Source: Octopus bimaculoides
Taxonomy: Eukaryota
Direction: 5' to 3'
DNA length: 64,000 nt
NCBI RefSeq assembly: GCF_001194135.2
Contig: NC_068982.1
Coordinates: forward strand, 127,987,315 to 128,051,314
The notes below the pieces were generated by a model. The model searched no databases. It saw only the letters and a program-made list of their open reading frames with translations, and had not been told where the DNA came from. Positions 23,369 to 35,019 of this stretch are shown one piece after another (position 1 is the stretch's first letter; every line of letters begins with the position of its first letter). The translations under genes were made by a program, and so were the position numbers.

Positions 23369-23403
23369 ATACTCATGAGCAATTATGGAGTGAATTTTAG
23401 GGC

Positions 23404-23599
23404 TTATAAATCTAATATTTTCCTATCCTTCCTTAATACCTGTTCCCATATGCTGCTCATATCTGCACTCAGTCTGCTTAGGAGGTTGTTGTGTCCTAGC
23501 ATGTGTGCTGCTTCTTTTAGTTTTCGTATTTTCCAGTGCTAGTTCTCTGTCTATTATTTTAACTTCATCCCACAGGGGGAGGTGGTCTCCATTTTTCCA
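23404..23599 (-). pseudogene. Penelope-like GIY-YIG endonuclease C-terminus
   Basis: WKNGDHLPLWDEVKIIDRE(+1 shift)QHWKIRKLKEAAHMLGHNNLLSRLSADMSSIWEQVLRKDRKILDL*, matching the PLE pattern H...W....I.D.E..W..R..KEA. Confidence 0.75.
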
Positions 23600-23807
23600 G
23601 TTTGTTAACAACAAACAAGATGAGGACAAATATCCGTCGAATGTAAATAATGTACATAATTCCTCATCTCTTAACTACAGAACTGAGTAGTAACATTGTA
23701 TCGTACAGAACAGCCATGTTGAAGTGGCAACAAACATTACTTTTCAGTAGAGTTACTATTGCATCTCTTATCGAGATTTTAGAACTAGCTACTTTGCTTA
23801 TGTTATA

Positions 23808-24736
23808 TTGGTTTGTCAGATAAATTCATTAGTTCTTTTCCACTTATTTTAACCCTTATTTTTCATCAACTGTTTTAACAAATCAATCAATTATATATTT
23901 TCCTTTATTGTTTCTGACTTCCTGCCAATGTTCCCCTAGCATGTCAATACCTTGATTGTAGAAACCCCTCGGTCTTTACTCAAAGAATTCATCAAGTCAT
24001 GTTTTCAGCTCCATGTTGAATGAAATACCTTCCAGACTGTTGGAGAGTGACTGAGTAAGGTGATAATCTGAAGGCCCTATATCAGGAAAATACAATGGGT
24101 GTGGTAGAACTTCTCAACTAAACTCTTGAATAGCATTTTTTGCCAAATTAGCAACATAGGGTGAGTGCTGTCATGTTGAAGAAGCATGTTGTGTTGCAGA
24201 TGGGGGTCATTTCATCTGGATTGCCAATCGAGTGAAGGTTTCAGGCAATGGTATCATGAAAGGATCCCATCTATCAGGCCAATTCCTTAGATAATTGGCG
24301 TGGATTCTCAGGGATGAGCTCAATCCTCATTGAATTAAACACATTGGTCAGAATGTGGAGAATCACTGAGGTTGCATTTCTCCCCCTCAGTGAGTGAAAA
24401 TCATTTCTGTGCAATTCTTTCAGAAATAACCCTTTCTCTATACACAACACAAATATCTCTGGTGATTTTGGCAGCTTTGGAGCCTTATTTGAATGCAAAG
24501 AGAAGCAAACATCAAGAATGCTAATTTTTTCTACTTGATATTCCATTGTCATTTGTCTGAAAAGAGGTAAAATTCATTGAAATTTCAAAAACAATAAACA
24601 AAAGTTATAGAGAAAGAATAGGGCTACAAAAACAAAAACAAAAAAATAAAAGCAATAAAACACCATGATAAAAACATTTTCTGTGTCAATTCAAATAACA
24701 TTGTAAAGTAACAAACAAATATATCTGACAACTCAA
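23808..24736 (-). mobile_element. Internally deleted mariner transposon with both TIRs and TA TSDs
   Basis: TIRs TA-ttggtttgtcagata / tatctgacaactcaa-TA. Disrupted ORF 24546 to 23883: MEYQVEK..LLLFAF..GSKAAKITRDICVVY..ENPRQLSKELA joined directly to LLQHD..EVLPHPLYFPDIGPSDYHL..LDEFF..GKYIID*. Confidence 0.8.
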
Positions 24737-24824
24737 TAATTAGATTTGTATTAATTATATTAACATGAAACAAAAGTTTAGATTATTGGTATTGAAGAAA
24801 CAGAATTGAAGTTTGGAAAGAGTT

Positions 24825-25294
24825 TTAGTGTGAAGAAGTGTCATACCCTAACAGTGGAGGGAACTTGTCTAAGAGGTAGACCCAGGAAGACATGGGATGA
24901 GGTAGTGAAGCTCAACCTTCAAACGTTGGGCCTCACAGAGGTAATGACAAGCGACCAAGACCTTTGGAGATATGCCATGCTTGAGAAGACCCAGCAAGCC
25001 AAGTGAGATCATAGTCATGGCTGATGCCAGTGTTGCATAGCTGGCTCGTTTAAAAGCACCCTGCAGTTGTTGGGTGATATGCCATGCTTCTGAAAACCTG
25101 TTTAACCAAGTGAAACCATTGTCATGGCTACTACACTCTTGGAGTGGTTGGCATTTGAAAGGGTATCCAGCTGTAGAAACCTTGTCAAATCAGATGGAAA
25201 CCTGGTGCAGTTTCCTGATTTGCCAGTTCTCAGTCAAACCATCCAACCCATGCCAGCATGGAAAGCAGATGTTAAACAACAATGATGATGATGA

Positions 25295-25297
<3 letters not shown>
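24825..25297 (+). mobile_element. RTE LINE 3' end (ORF C-terminus plus short 3' UTR)
   Basis: VKKCHTLTVEGTCLRGRPRKTWDEVVKLNLQTLGL...AK* (stop ends 25006); (ATG)n tail running into (TA)n. Confidence 0.8.
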
Positions 25298-25341
<44 letters not shown>

Positions 25342-25384
25342 CAATGAAACAGGCAAAAACAGATCTACCAAAACAGACCTTGTC

Positions 25385-25572
25385 AGCGGTGGTACCACAT
25401 AAAAAGTACACCAGTCCACTCCACAAAGTGGTTGGCATTAGGAAAGGAATCTAGCTGTAAGAACCATGCCAAAGCAGAGTGGAGCTTGGTGCAATCTTCT
25501 GGCTTTCCAGCTCCTGTCAAACCATCCAACCTATGCCAGCATGGAAAATGGACGTTAAATAATGATGATGAT
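25385..25572 (+). mobile_element. RTE 3' tail fragment
   Basis: gtggttggcattaggaaagg..ggacgttaaataatgatgatgat. Confidence 0.65.
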
Positions 25573-25937
25573 GTATAAAGTGGAGAGAAAGTGAAGTTCA
25601 TATGAGTGTCATAGTTGGATATATTTTTAAGAAGGAATGCAGCAGAATACATAAGGTTACCAAATTTATTGAGAGTTTGAGAGCAATAGGTAAGACAAGA
25701 GATAACAATTTCTGAGACTAAAGTAGCGTAACAGTAGAGGAAAGGAAATGGAACTTTCTTAAAGATGCATAAAGAATCATGTAACTAGGGGGACTAGTTG
25801 TTATTTTTTAGTGGATATAACATTCAGAGTATTAGCAAATATGTTAAAGTGTATTAGAAAAAGTTAATTGCTTATTAGGACTCCATATTTTGTTATGCAA
25901 CCATGGTATACTATGAAGTATATATTACTGTCTCAGA

Positions 25938-26086
25938 TAACTTTTTAAAGTTATCTCTACAGATTTTCTGTAGATATTAGAAATTCTATAGAAATCAGAG
26001 CCAGCACTGAGTAAATGAAGCATCATGACTTTCAGTGCTGACTCTAATTTCTTTAGAAAATCTGTAGAACTAACTTTAAAAAGTTA
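25938..26086. repeat. Fold-back (long inverted repeat) element, MITE-like
   Basis: taactttttaaagtta..ctacagattttct..gaaat.agag.cagcactga is mirrored at 26032-26086, loop about 20 nt, TA at both ends. Confidence 0.7.
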
Positions 26087-26634
26087 TTAGATTAAGTATT
26101 CTAACCATGACCATCCCATCTTTTATTAGACATACTGTATCTAAGACTGCATCTACCAATATGCTCTCTCTTTTATAAGACAGTATTGTATGATCTGAAG
26201 CAGATTTGACTGTTATTTCTACCAAGTAATGTATTCATAGAGGTTTCTTTACTGATAACAGTTGGAGCTTGTAATGCATGTAAAAAAAAAAAAAAATTCT
26301 ATGTGTTTTCTACAATAACAATTAGAGTTGATAATTAGTGGAAAACATTCTTAGAATTTGTTTTTGATGTTGTTGACATAATTTCACAAAATGTTAGTCA
26401 TGGTTTCTTAAAAGTGCTTTGAGTTTGATTCCTTTGAGTTAAAAGGATTAAGTATTTATGGCATTTGAATCTTTCTCCATAGAATCTTTGTCTTGACCAT
26501 CAAGTAGAAGTATAGCTTTTATGATTAAATGTCAAGGCTTTAATCAAATCAAGATATGGTCTAAGTTTACATTACCGATATCAGTTTATTATTGGTATGT
26601 ATTTTATATGTATTGGAACTGTAACAGTATAAAG

Positions 26635-26925
26635 GTATTTGGCTCACAATCTTAAGATTACGAGTTCGATTCCCAGTGGCTCATTGTGCTCTTGAGCAAG
26701 ACACTTTATTTCTAATTGTTCCAGTCCACTCCGCTGGCAAAAATAAGTTGTACATGTAGTTCAAATGGCCAGCCTTGTCACATTCTGTGTCACACTGAAT
26801 CTTCTAGAGAACTTACATTAATGATGCGCATGTCTATGGAGTGCATGTTAATTTCACAAGCAGGCCATTCTGTTGATCAGATCAACTGGAACCCTTGCTG
26901 TTGAAACTGATGGAGTACAAACCAA
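26635..26925 (+). mobile_element. tRNA-derived SINE with SINE-5-type head/core and SINE-4-type tail
   Basis: gagttcgattccc B-box; cttgagcaagacactttatt..ccagtccactc core; gccttgtcaca..ttaatttcac.agcagg..gatcaactggaaccct tail. Confidence 0.65.
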
Positions 26926-27384
26926 AACTGAAACCAAACTGTTGGTGTATATTTCATATGTGAATTGAACTAGTTTACTGATAGTATAATTTCATATATC
27001 ATTGATATATATTTTACATGCAGCAGAACAGCAGTATCAGTATAGTGCTGGTATATATATATATATATATATATNNNNNNNNNNNNNNNNNNNNNNNNNN
27101 NNNNNNNNNNNNNNNNNNNNNNNNNNNNNNNNNNNNNNNNNNNNNNNNNNNNNNNNNNNNNNNNNNNNNNNNNNNNNNNNNNNNNNNNNNNNNNNNNNNN
27201 NNNNNNNNNNNNNNNNNNNNATATATATAGATAGATAGATAGATAGATATATATAACATTAGAACTATGGTTGTCAACTGTTTTGGAACTCATTTCCATT
27301 TTTTATGCTGCTTTCCAAACTCTCACTCCCCTTTTGCAAAGAGAAAAACAAAAAAAAAAAGACAAAAATACAGCAGTGGTTTAT

Positions 27385-27550
27385 TATCTTTTATTTGTTT
27401 CAATCATTGGACTGCAATCATATGATGGGCTCTATCAGTTTCTGCCTACCAAATCCATCAAATCCACCCTGATGCTATAGTAGAAGACATTTACCTAAGG
27501 TGCCACATAGCGGGACTGAACCTGGAACCATGTGGTTGGAAGCAAACTTC
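27385..27550 (-). mobile_element. Internally deleted SINE-1
   Basis: gtttcaatcattggactgc..ctatagtagaagacattt..gggactgaacctggaaccatgtgg. Confidence 0.6.
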
Positions 27551-27774
27551 CCTTATTTTCTTATATTATTCCATTCAGCATGTGCATCTTTTTAGATATT
27601 TGCATAAGTTTATATTCATGTACGCTATGTTGAATTTTAATGGGAATTATAAAAGAAAGTGGATTAATGATATCTGAAAAAAATATATTGAACTTTGGCT
27701 CATCATCCGTTATATATCTGCTAACTGATAGCATAATGTCCCATTCATATTTTATTTGCAACAAAAATTTTCTT

Positions 27775-28258
27775 TCATCATCATCATCATCATCATCGTT
27801 TAACGTCCGCTTTCCATGCTAGCATGGGTTGGACGATTTGACTGAGGACTGGTGAAACCGGATGGCAACACCAGGCTCCAGTCCGATTTGGCAGAGTTTC
27901 TACAGCTGGATGCCCTTCCTAACGCCAACCACTCAGAGAGTGTAGTGGGTGCTTTTACGTGTCACCCGCACGAAAACGGCCACGCTCGAAATGGTGTCTT
28001 TTATGTGCCACCCGCACAAGCCAGTCCAGGGGCACTGGCAACGATCTCGCTCGAAAATCCTACAGGAGCCAGTCAGGCGGTACTGGCAACGGCCACGCTC
28101 AAAATGGTGCATCTCATGTGCCACCCGCACAAGAACCAGTCCAGGGGCACTGGCAACGATCTTACTTGGCTTGCCGGGTCTTCTCACGCACAGCCCATTT
28201 CCAAAGGTCTCGGTCCGTAGTCATCGCCTCGGTGAGGCCCAATGTACGAAGGTCTTGC
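27775..28258 (-). mobile_element. RTE LINE 3' end, young-looking copy
   Basis: (TCA)n tail, CpG-rich, last ORF codons DLRTLGLTEAMT..EKTRQAK* at 28163-28258. Confidence 0.85.
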
Positions 28259-28309
28259 CTCATAAAATATGTGAATTCTACCTGATTTTAATGTCTTACT
28301 TCTGAATAA

Positions 28310-28774
28310 GGCAGCAAGCTAGCAGAAGCATTAGCATGCCATTGAAGGCGGCGAGCTGGCAGAAACTTTAGCACGCCAGGCAAAATGCTTAGCCCTATTT
28401 CGTCTGCCGTTACGTTCTGAGTTCAAATTCCACTGAGGTCGACTTTGCCTTTCATCCTTTCGGGGTCGATAAATTAAGTAACAGCTACGCACTGGGGTCA
28501 GTGTAATCGACTTAATCCCTTTGTCTGTCCTTGTTTGTTCCCTCTATGTTTAGCCCTTTGTGTGCAATAAAGAAATAAGAATCATTTGCATGCCAGGCAA
28601 AATGCTTAGTGACATTTTATCTGTCCTTGTGTTCTGAGTTCAAATTCTGCTGGGGTCAATTTTGTCTTTCATCCTTCTGAAGTCAGTAAAATAAGTACCA
28701 TTTGAGCACTAGAATTGATATGATGGACTTAGCCTTTCCCCCGAAATTGCTGACCTTGTGCCAAAATTTGAAAC
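28310..28774 (+). mobile_element. SINE-3 nested in SINE-3
   Basis: Outer copy: 21-bp TSD taatgtctta(c/t)ttctgaataa at 28289-28309 and 28775-28795. Inner copy 28341-28577: 17-bp duplication (15/17) at 28324-28340 and 28578-28594. Confidence 0.85.
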
Positions 28775-29732
28775 TAATGTCTTATTTCTGAATAAAATCA
28801 TGACCCCCTCCATAGCACTTCCTTTGGCATTTGCCATCATCTGATGAGCACACAACACACCTGAGTGAGCTCTAACACCCAGTTTTCAAAATGCCACTAC
28901 ATTAGAAGGATGAATTATTATATAATCTGAAACATTTAAGCTAAGAACAGCAAATTTTATCTCTTATTTTACATTCCAGACAGTGTCATCATTTCTTAAT
29001 AGTATTAATGAAAAATGAACATTCTTCATGGCTTTGCATGATTTTTCGGTGCCTCTAAAGTGTGATACGCCAGATCAATTTAAGTCTGGAGAGAGAGAGA
29101 ATGTGGTGGATTATTTTAAATGATAATTGATGTGATGGTAATGGAATATGCTGATTTCAGATATGATCAGCTGAGATTTAGAGAAATCGGATTGAGAACA
29201 AAGAAATAGCTAAGGATAAGAATGGTATGAATGTAAAAATAATATTTGCAGTAACAGCTTAGCAGTGTCTCTTTAAAGAAGTTTATCTTGCTAATGAAAT
29301 ATTTCATTTTGTATCCCATTTTTTATTATTTTGCTTTGCTTTTTATTCTGTTGGTGCTTTTTTTAAAAAAAAAAAACATAGTGCATGGAAAAACAGCTGT
29401 TAATAAAATAATATACACATATAGGTGTTCAATTAATTGAACAGCAATCTGACCACACTAAGCTATAACCATTTAGAAACTGTATGAATCTAAAATGTCT
29501 AACTCCATAACCAACTCCACCTAGGAACAGAAATTACTCAAGAACCTTTTATAATTCCAGTGAAGTTTATCAAACAAAAATAGAAATCAAAAAATCAAAA
29601 CAACAAACAATTAGACTGTAACAACAATCAGAGGCATAATGACCAAATGAAATCCAATTTAAGGCTATTATGAAATTTCTCTCATGGGGTAAATCAATGT
29701 GATTTCAATATTTAACATATAATCATCATTAT

Positions 29733-29946
29733 GGCAGTGAGGTGGCAGAATTGTTAGCATGCCGGTCAAAATCCATAGTGGCATGTTGTCTGTCTTTATG
29801 TTCTGGGTTCAAATTCCTCTGAGGTCAACTTTGCTTTTCGTCCTTTTGAGATCAATAAAATAAAGTATCAGTCGATCAGTGGGGTTAATGTAATTGACTT
29901 ACCCCCTCCTCCAAACTTGTTAGCCTAGTGCCAAAATTTGAAACTA
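29733..29946 (+). mobile_element. SINE-3
   Basis: ggtggcagaattgttagc..gggttcaaattcc..ccaaaatttgaaac. Confidence 0.75.
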
Positions 29947-30894
29947 ATATATAATCATTGTCATCGTTTGTGCTAGAGTGAAAAGAGTGTGAGATGAAGA
30001 AAGATGGGGATTGGGGTGGATGCAGTGAATATCAGAGGGCGGAGAAGCGAAGGAAAGGAAATAGGTGTGGGTTTCAGTGTTGAAGCAAGAGGTGCATTTG
30101 ACTAACAGGGTACTTGGGGAAAAATACCAGTGATACTAACTACCAACCATTCAATAAAACAAACAATGCGATATTAACTAGTTAATTTATGATATTTAGC
30201 ACTATGTAAATCCATTGTAACAACAATGTGCTGCACATTTATCACATTATAAAATATAATAATTAATGAATATGAATAGAGATATTGGACAGTATTTATA
30301 ATCATTTTCATTTATTATCTATATCTGTCTGTGTCCATTCAGCCATGTGTCCATCCATCCATCTATTTATCTATCAGTTTATCTATCTGTCTATCTAATA
30401 TAATATAATATACATTGTGTATATTATGCTTGAAAACTCAAACTCATTTATAACTTATATAATATATTATATAATACATCATAGAATATATGAACCACAT
30501 TTGTACAAACTGAATTTGTGGTGTTCAAATGAAAGAGATACATTACTGACATGATGTACGTAGTGTTGTGTTCTTGTACATAACAGTTTATTTCATGTGT
30601 CTCAGTTTATGTAGTTGTCAAGAAAAGGCGCAGGTCAATTTAGAATGTTAAATGTAATAGACTGCCTTGGGAAATTTTATCTCTCATCATCTTCACATCA
30701 TGAAATGAGAGCTCAGCACTATCTCCAAGCTCTATCCCACTGTGGTTTGGAAATATATATTCTGTATCTGAGTGCAAAAATATAGTTCTTTCATCAGTAA
30801 CTATACTATCATATAAAATTTATAGTTGGTTGTATCTCAGACAGGTCATTGTACCCAATAACAAATGCATACTTTGGTTCTTTTTCACTTCTTT

Positions 30895-31290
30895 ATTAAT
30901 TAATTGGTCAACTGTTCGACCTATTAACTAATCGATTGTTTGATTAATTGTTTGGTCAATCAAGCAATCAGCTTCATGTATGAACCAAATGTGGAGTAGA
31001 GAGAGTGTGTCATTGATGAGGTTGCTAATGACAACGAAAGGAATTTAACATACCTAGATGATTGATCAACTGAATGATTAATTTAACAATTGACTAGTTA
31101 ATTGGCTAAATGGTTAACTAATTGATAAAAGTAAAGAAGTGAAATAGAACCAATGTGTGTGTTTATTATTAGCATAATGACCCTCCCAAGATACAACAAA
31201 ATATGATTCGACAAACAAGTTTACATCAGGAGTCTTACAAACCAAATGGAAAAACTAAAAATTTATAGTTATTTTGTTTATTTCAGATAT
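30895..31290. repeat. Cluster of family H repeats immediately upstream of the second coding exon
   Basis: Forward block 30895-30975, inverted block 30980-31130, block 31185-31285 shared with 3515-3620. Confidence 0.55.
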
Positions 31291-31332
31291 TGTTGATATT
31301 TAACATTGAAATAAATGTAATTTCTTTTCTAG

Positions 31333-31540
31333 GATATTTCTTCATAATCATCACGGGAACCCCAATAAGACGAATTCTCGAAAAGAAACAGCTCTTCATT
31401 ATGTGTGTCAAGAAAGAAACAGTCAGTACTATACAGTACGCCAAAGACGATGTGATTGTTTGAACCTTATCCTTCAGTGGAGGGGTGCTACTCTCAAGGA
31501 TGGTCAAACAGAAAAAGTGGATCTAGCAGCCCAAGATGAA
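31333..31540 (+). CDS. ANKIB1: ANKIB1 second coding exon (R-IFLHNHHGNPNKTNSRKETALHYVCQ...RRCDCLNLILQWRGATLKDGQTEKVDLAAQDE)
   Basis: tttcttttctAG acceptor; first base completes the CG|G Arg codon from the previous exon; 208 nt; phase-0 donor GAA|GTATGT. Matches recalled human GNPNKRN.NET.MH...RRADCLQMILKWKGA. Confidence 0.93.
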
Positions 31541-31623
31541 GTATGTCTTACTTTTCATTTTTTTTTTTTTTTTAATATTTGTATTGGATTTTTATTTTTC
31601 AGTGATTTACTCTTTACTCCCTC

Positions 31624-32206
31624 TCTTTTTTACTCTTTTACTTGTTTCAGTCATTTGACTGTGGCCATGCTGGAGCACTGCCCTTAGTCGAGCAAATCGA
31701 CCCCAGGACTTATTCTTTGTAAGCCTAGTACTTATTCTATCGGTCTCTTTTGCCGAACTGCTAAGTTACCGGAACGTAAACACACCACCATCAGTTGTCA
31801 AGCAATGTTGGGGGGACAAACACAGACACACAAACATATACANNNNNNNNNNNNNNNNNNNNNNNNNNNNNNNNNNNNNNNNNNNNNNNNNNNNNNNNNN
31901 NNNNNNNNNNNNNNNNNNNNNNNNNNNNNNNNNNNNNNNNNNNATATATAAGCAATGTTAATTCTCTAAATGAAGTATTAACAGTAACTGCACGATAAAG
32001 TGAAGTGTATTGCCACTTAAGTGTGGCTGACCCCCAGGGGTGGATACGACAGGCTTCTTTCAGGTCCCATCTACCAAATCCACTCACAAGGCTTTGGTCG
32101 GCTTGAGGCTATTGTAGAAGGCACTTGCCCAAGGTTCCACGCAGTGGGACTGAACCCGGAACCATGTGGTTCGTAAGCAAGCTACTTACCACACAGCCAC
32201 TCCTAC
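31624..32206 (-). mobile_element. SINE-1, full length, internal microsatellite in a gap
   Basis: Reverse complement of the 16735 copy at both ends. Confidence 0.85.
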
Positions 32207-32427
32207 AATTTGTGGAATTTTAATTCTGAAGAAGAAAAGCAACTTTAATTATCTGAACTGAAATAACCTTGGACCTTTAGGTTAATAGCTTAAATTTCAA
32301 ATTCAACAAGATATTTAAAATTAGAATTATATTAATTTGAAACACGAAAATGCTTTATTGTATTTCAGGAGGATCTTGCCAATGATAAACACATGCACTG
32401 GTTTTATTTCACTTCTTTTTTTTTTAA

Positions 32428-32602
32428 GGAGGCAAGCTGGCAGAATTATTAGCATGCTTGTCCATCTTAATTCTGCTGAGTTTTGACTTGGCTTTTCATC
32501 CTTTCAGAGTTGATAAAATAAGTACCAACTGAGTACTGGGGCTGATGTACTGGATCGTTCCCCAAATTTCAGACCTGATACCTATAGTAGAAGAAATTAT
32601 TA
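32428..32602 (+). mobile_element. SINE-3, internally deleted
   Basis: ggaggcaagctggcagaa..gataaaataagtacc..tagtagaagaaattatt. Confidence 0.65.
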
Positions 32603-32629
32603 TAAGTCAATTATCTTTTATTTTTTGTC

Positions 32630-32865
32630 TTTTGCTTGTTTCAGTCATTAGACTGCAACCATGCTGGGGCACTATCTTGAAGAATTTTTTGCTGAATGCA
32701 TTGACCATAGTATTAATTTATTTGGTTTTTTTTTTGGTTTTTGTTTTTCAATTCTATTGGTCTTTTGCTGAATTGCTTTGATACAAAGACATAATCACAC
32801 CAACAACAGTTGTCAAATGGCAGTGGGTCACACACACACTCCTCTCTCTCTTTTTTTTATCCGAA

Positions 32866-32929
<64 letters not shown>

Positions 32930-32943
32930 GTTGATATATGATA

Positions 32944-32976
<33 letters not shown>

Positions 32977-33125
32977 GCGATAGGCTTCTTTCAGTTTCCA
33001 TCTACCAAATCTACTCACAAGGTTTGGGTTAACCTGAGGCTATAGTAGAAAACACTTACCCAAAGTGCCATGCAGTAAGACTAAACAGGGAACCATGTAG
33101 TTCTGAATCAAGCTTCTTACCACAC
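32630..33125 (-). mobile_element. SINE-1 with expanded (TA)n
   Basis: Tail, microsatellite 32867-32975, core and head in reverse complement. Confidence 0.75.
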
Positions 33126-33127
33126 AG

Positions 33128-33262
33128 TTAACCATTTCATCAATTCACTAATCAATTGTTTGATTATTTGTTCATTCAGTCAATAAATCACTTAGGTTTG
33201 CCAGAATCATTTTTGTTGCCATTCGCAACCTTATCAATGACATATCCTCTCTACTGAAGGTC
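33128..33262. repeat. Family H repeat
   Basis: ttgttgccattcgcaaccttatcaatgacatatcctctctact is the reverse-complement match of 30995-31040. Confidence 0.55.
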
Positions 33263-33564
33263 AGCTTCAGATCTGTCTGTTTTTGTTAATGTAATATTGA
33301 ATTTATCGTTTAAGAAATTCAATATATTTGAATTTAGTATTAATAATTTATAAACTATTTCTGTTTAATAGTTACTTAATGATATGCAACTTCTTCCATG
33401 ATCTAACATCAAGTTGAGCTGCAGGCATGGAGGAAAAGTTTAAAATGATAACCCAAGAACTTCTAATCATATTACATTTTTTTTTAAGCATATGCATTTT
33501 TTCTCATGTCATAAATTTTGTTCTGAACAAAATGTTTCAGTTATATGATTTTCTTATACTTTAA

Positions 33565-33766
33565 CTCTTTCACATCTGAACCAGCCCAAATATTCTATCT
33601 GCTTTAGTTTCAAACCTGCTAGATCTGGCCTCATACATGCCCTACAATGCCTGTCTAAAAGTAAACAATTACATCATTGATATCTCAAATCTATGAGATA
33701 ATGCATGAATGATTCCAAACAATAGGTTAGCATTACATTTGAAAGAATAATCTGAATGCTAAAGGG
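33565..33766. mobile_element. piggyBac-like MITE
   Basis: TTAA at 33561-33564 and 33767-33770; ends ctctttcacatctga / tctgaatgctaaaggg. Confidence 0.6.
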
Positions 33767-34194
33767 TTAATTTAAGTCACATTCTTGAAAAGAAGCAGTG
33801 CTACCTCATTCTGTGTGACCTTCTTGGATTGGTTGGCTAAGTGATCTTTATGCTTGAACAAGTAATGTTGTTTTTAAAATGTCACTCTTCATTTGCCATG
33901 TTGTTAGACATCAGTGAACATGGAAGTCCGTGCCAAAATCTGAATATTCTTCATTTTTCTTGGAAAGATACAGCAGAATTTTTCATTGCCTTCTGCTGTT
34001 GTATTTCCATTTTATTTTGCTAGTGTTTTGCTCTTGCAAGCTTACCCTTAAAATACAGGATCTGTTTAACCCTTGCATAGGCAGGGCTGGTTCACATGAC
34101 ATCAGGGCGCATCTACACTCTGTTGGACATGTGATGCATGCTTGGAGACCAGCCCTCCTGTCCTCCTCTATGTCATGTTTGCCTTAGCTACAAG

Positions 34195-34370
34195 GTCATC
34201 TGCTATTTGATCCATAACTAGGACTCTTGCCAGGTACTACCAATCCCAGGTCAAAGCAGACTTTGTTGTAATAGTGGCTAAGGAGTAATTCCATACTCCT
34301 CCAAAACCCCTGAATTCCTTAGCTGGAACCTCACCACTGGGTGCAGCTTAATGTCTCACCCAGGATCTAA
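34195..34370. repeat. Family G repeat
   Basis: Reverse-complement match to 1550-1672. Confidence 0.5.
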
Positions 34371-35019
34371 AGATATGGAGATAAGTAATAAATGTAAGTA
34401 CATTGGCGAAGAAATTGTTCCAGAATGTTTTTTATTCTGTAAAGGAAGGATAATATTTTTATTTCATGTGTGAGATTAGAGATATGACTTGCATAGAAGT
34501 GGAGTTAACATGCACATAAAAGGCATGCAACAATGTATTTTCATTGTGATCGGTAAACCATCTGGCTTGTTTGGAGAAGATAAAGTTATTGAAACAGAAA
34601 AACTGTTTTTAAGCTAATTTAAAAGTTTAGCCTGAAGATAAAGATTACTGACAAAGTAATGATTTGCAAATCATGCAGTATCCTTTATTTTCACTTTGTT
34701 TTTCTGTTACATTATTCCACAATTATATGAAATTTACCTTCAGGGGACTCAGCCATTATTTTTATTATTGGAAAGAAACCTAAGTTTTTTGGCAGTTTTA
34801 TTAGCTTTCAGGTATCTGAAAAAAAAAATAAAAATAAATAATTCTTAAACAGCATTTGCTGCATGGGCATTCCTTTAGCTTGGAATTTTCTATTCATTAG
34901 AATTGGGAATATGTGTGTGTTTTCTTGCTATGGACAAGCAATAAATANNNNNNNNNNTATATTGTTAATTCTTGAACAAGATACATGTTTATTATTATTA
35001 TTATTATTATTATGGAAAC

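Larger units (their letters stand above)
23131..23684 (-). mobile_element. Penelope-like retroelement insertion with inverted terminal segment and 13-bp TSD
   Basis: TSD gagtagtaacatt at 23118-23130 and 23685-23697; 51-bp inverted repeat 23130-23180 / 23604-23654 (49/51); GIY-YIG C-terminus, tRNA-like cassette and hammerhead motif inside. Confidence 0.85.

Noticed and set aside
28841-28880. CTGATGAG hammerhead-like core
   Set aside because: No closing stem II followed by GAAA, and no stem I.
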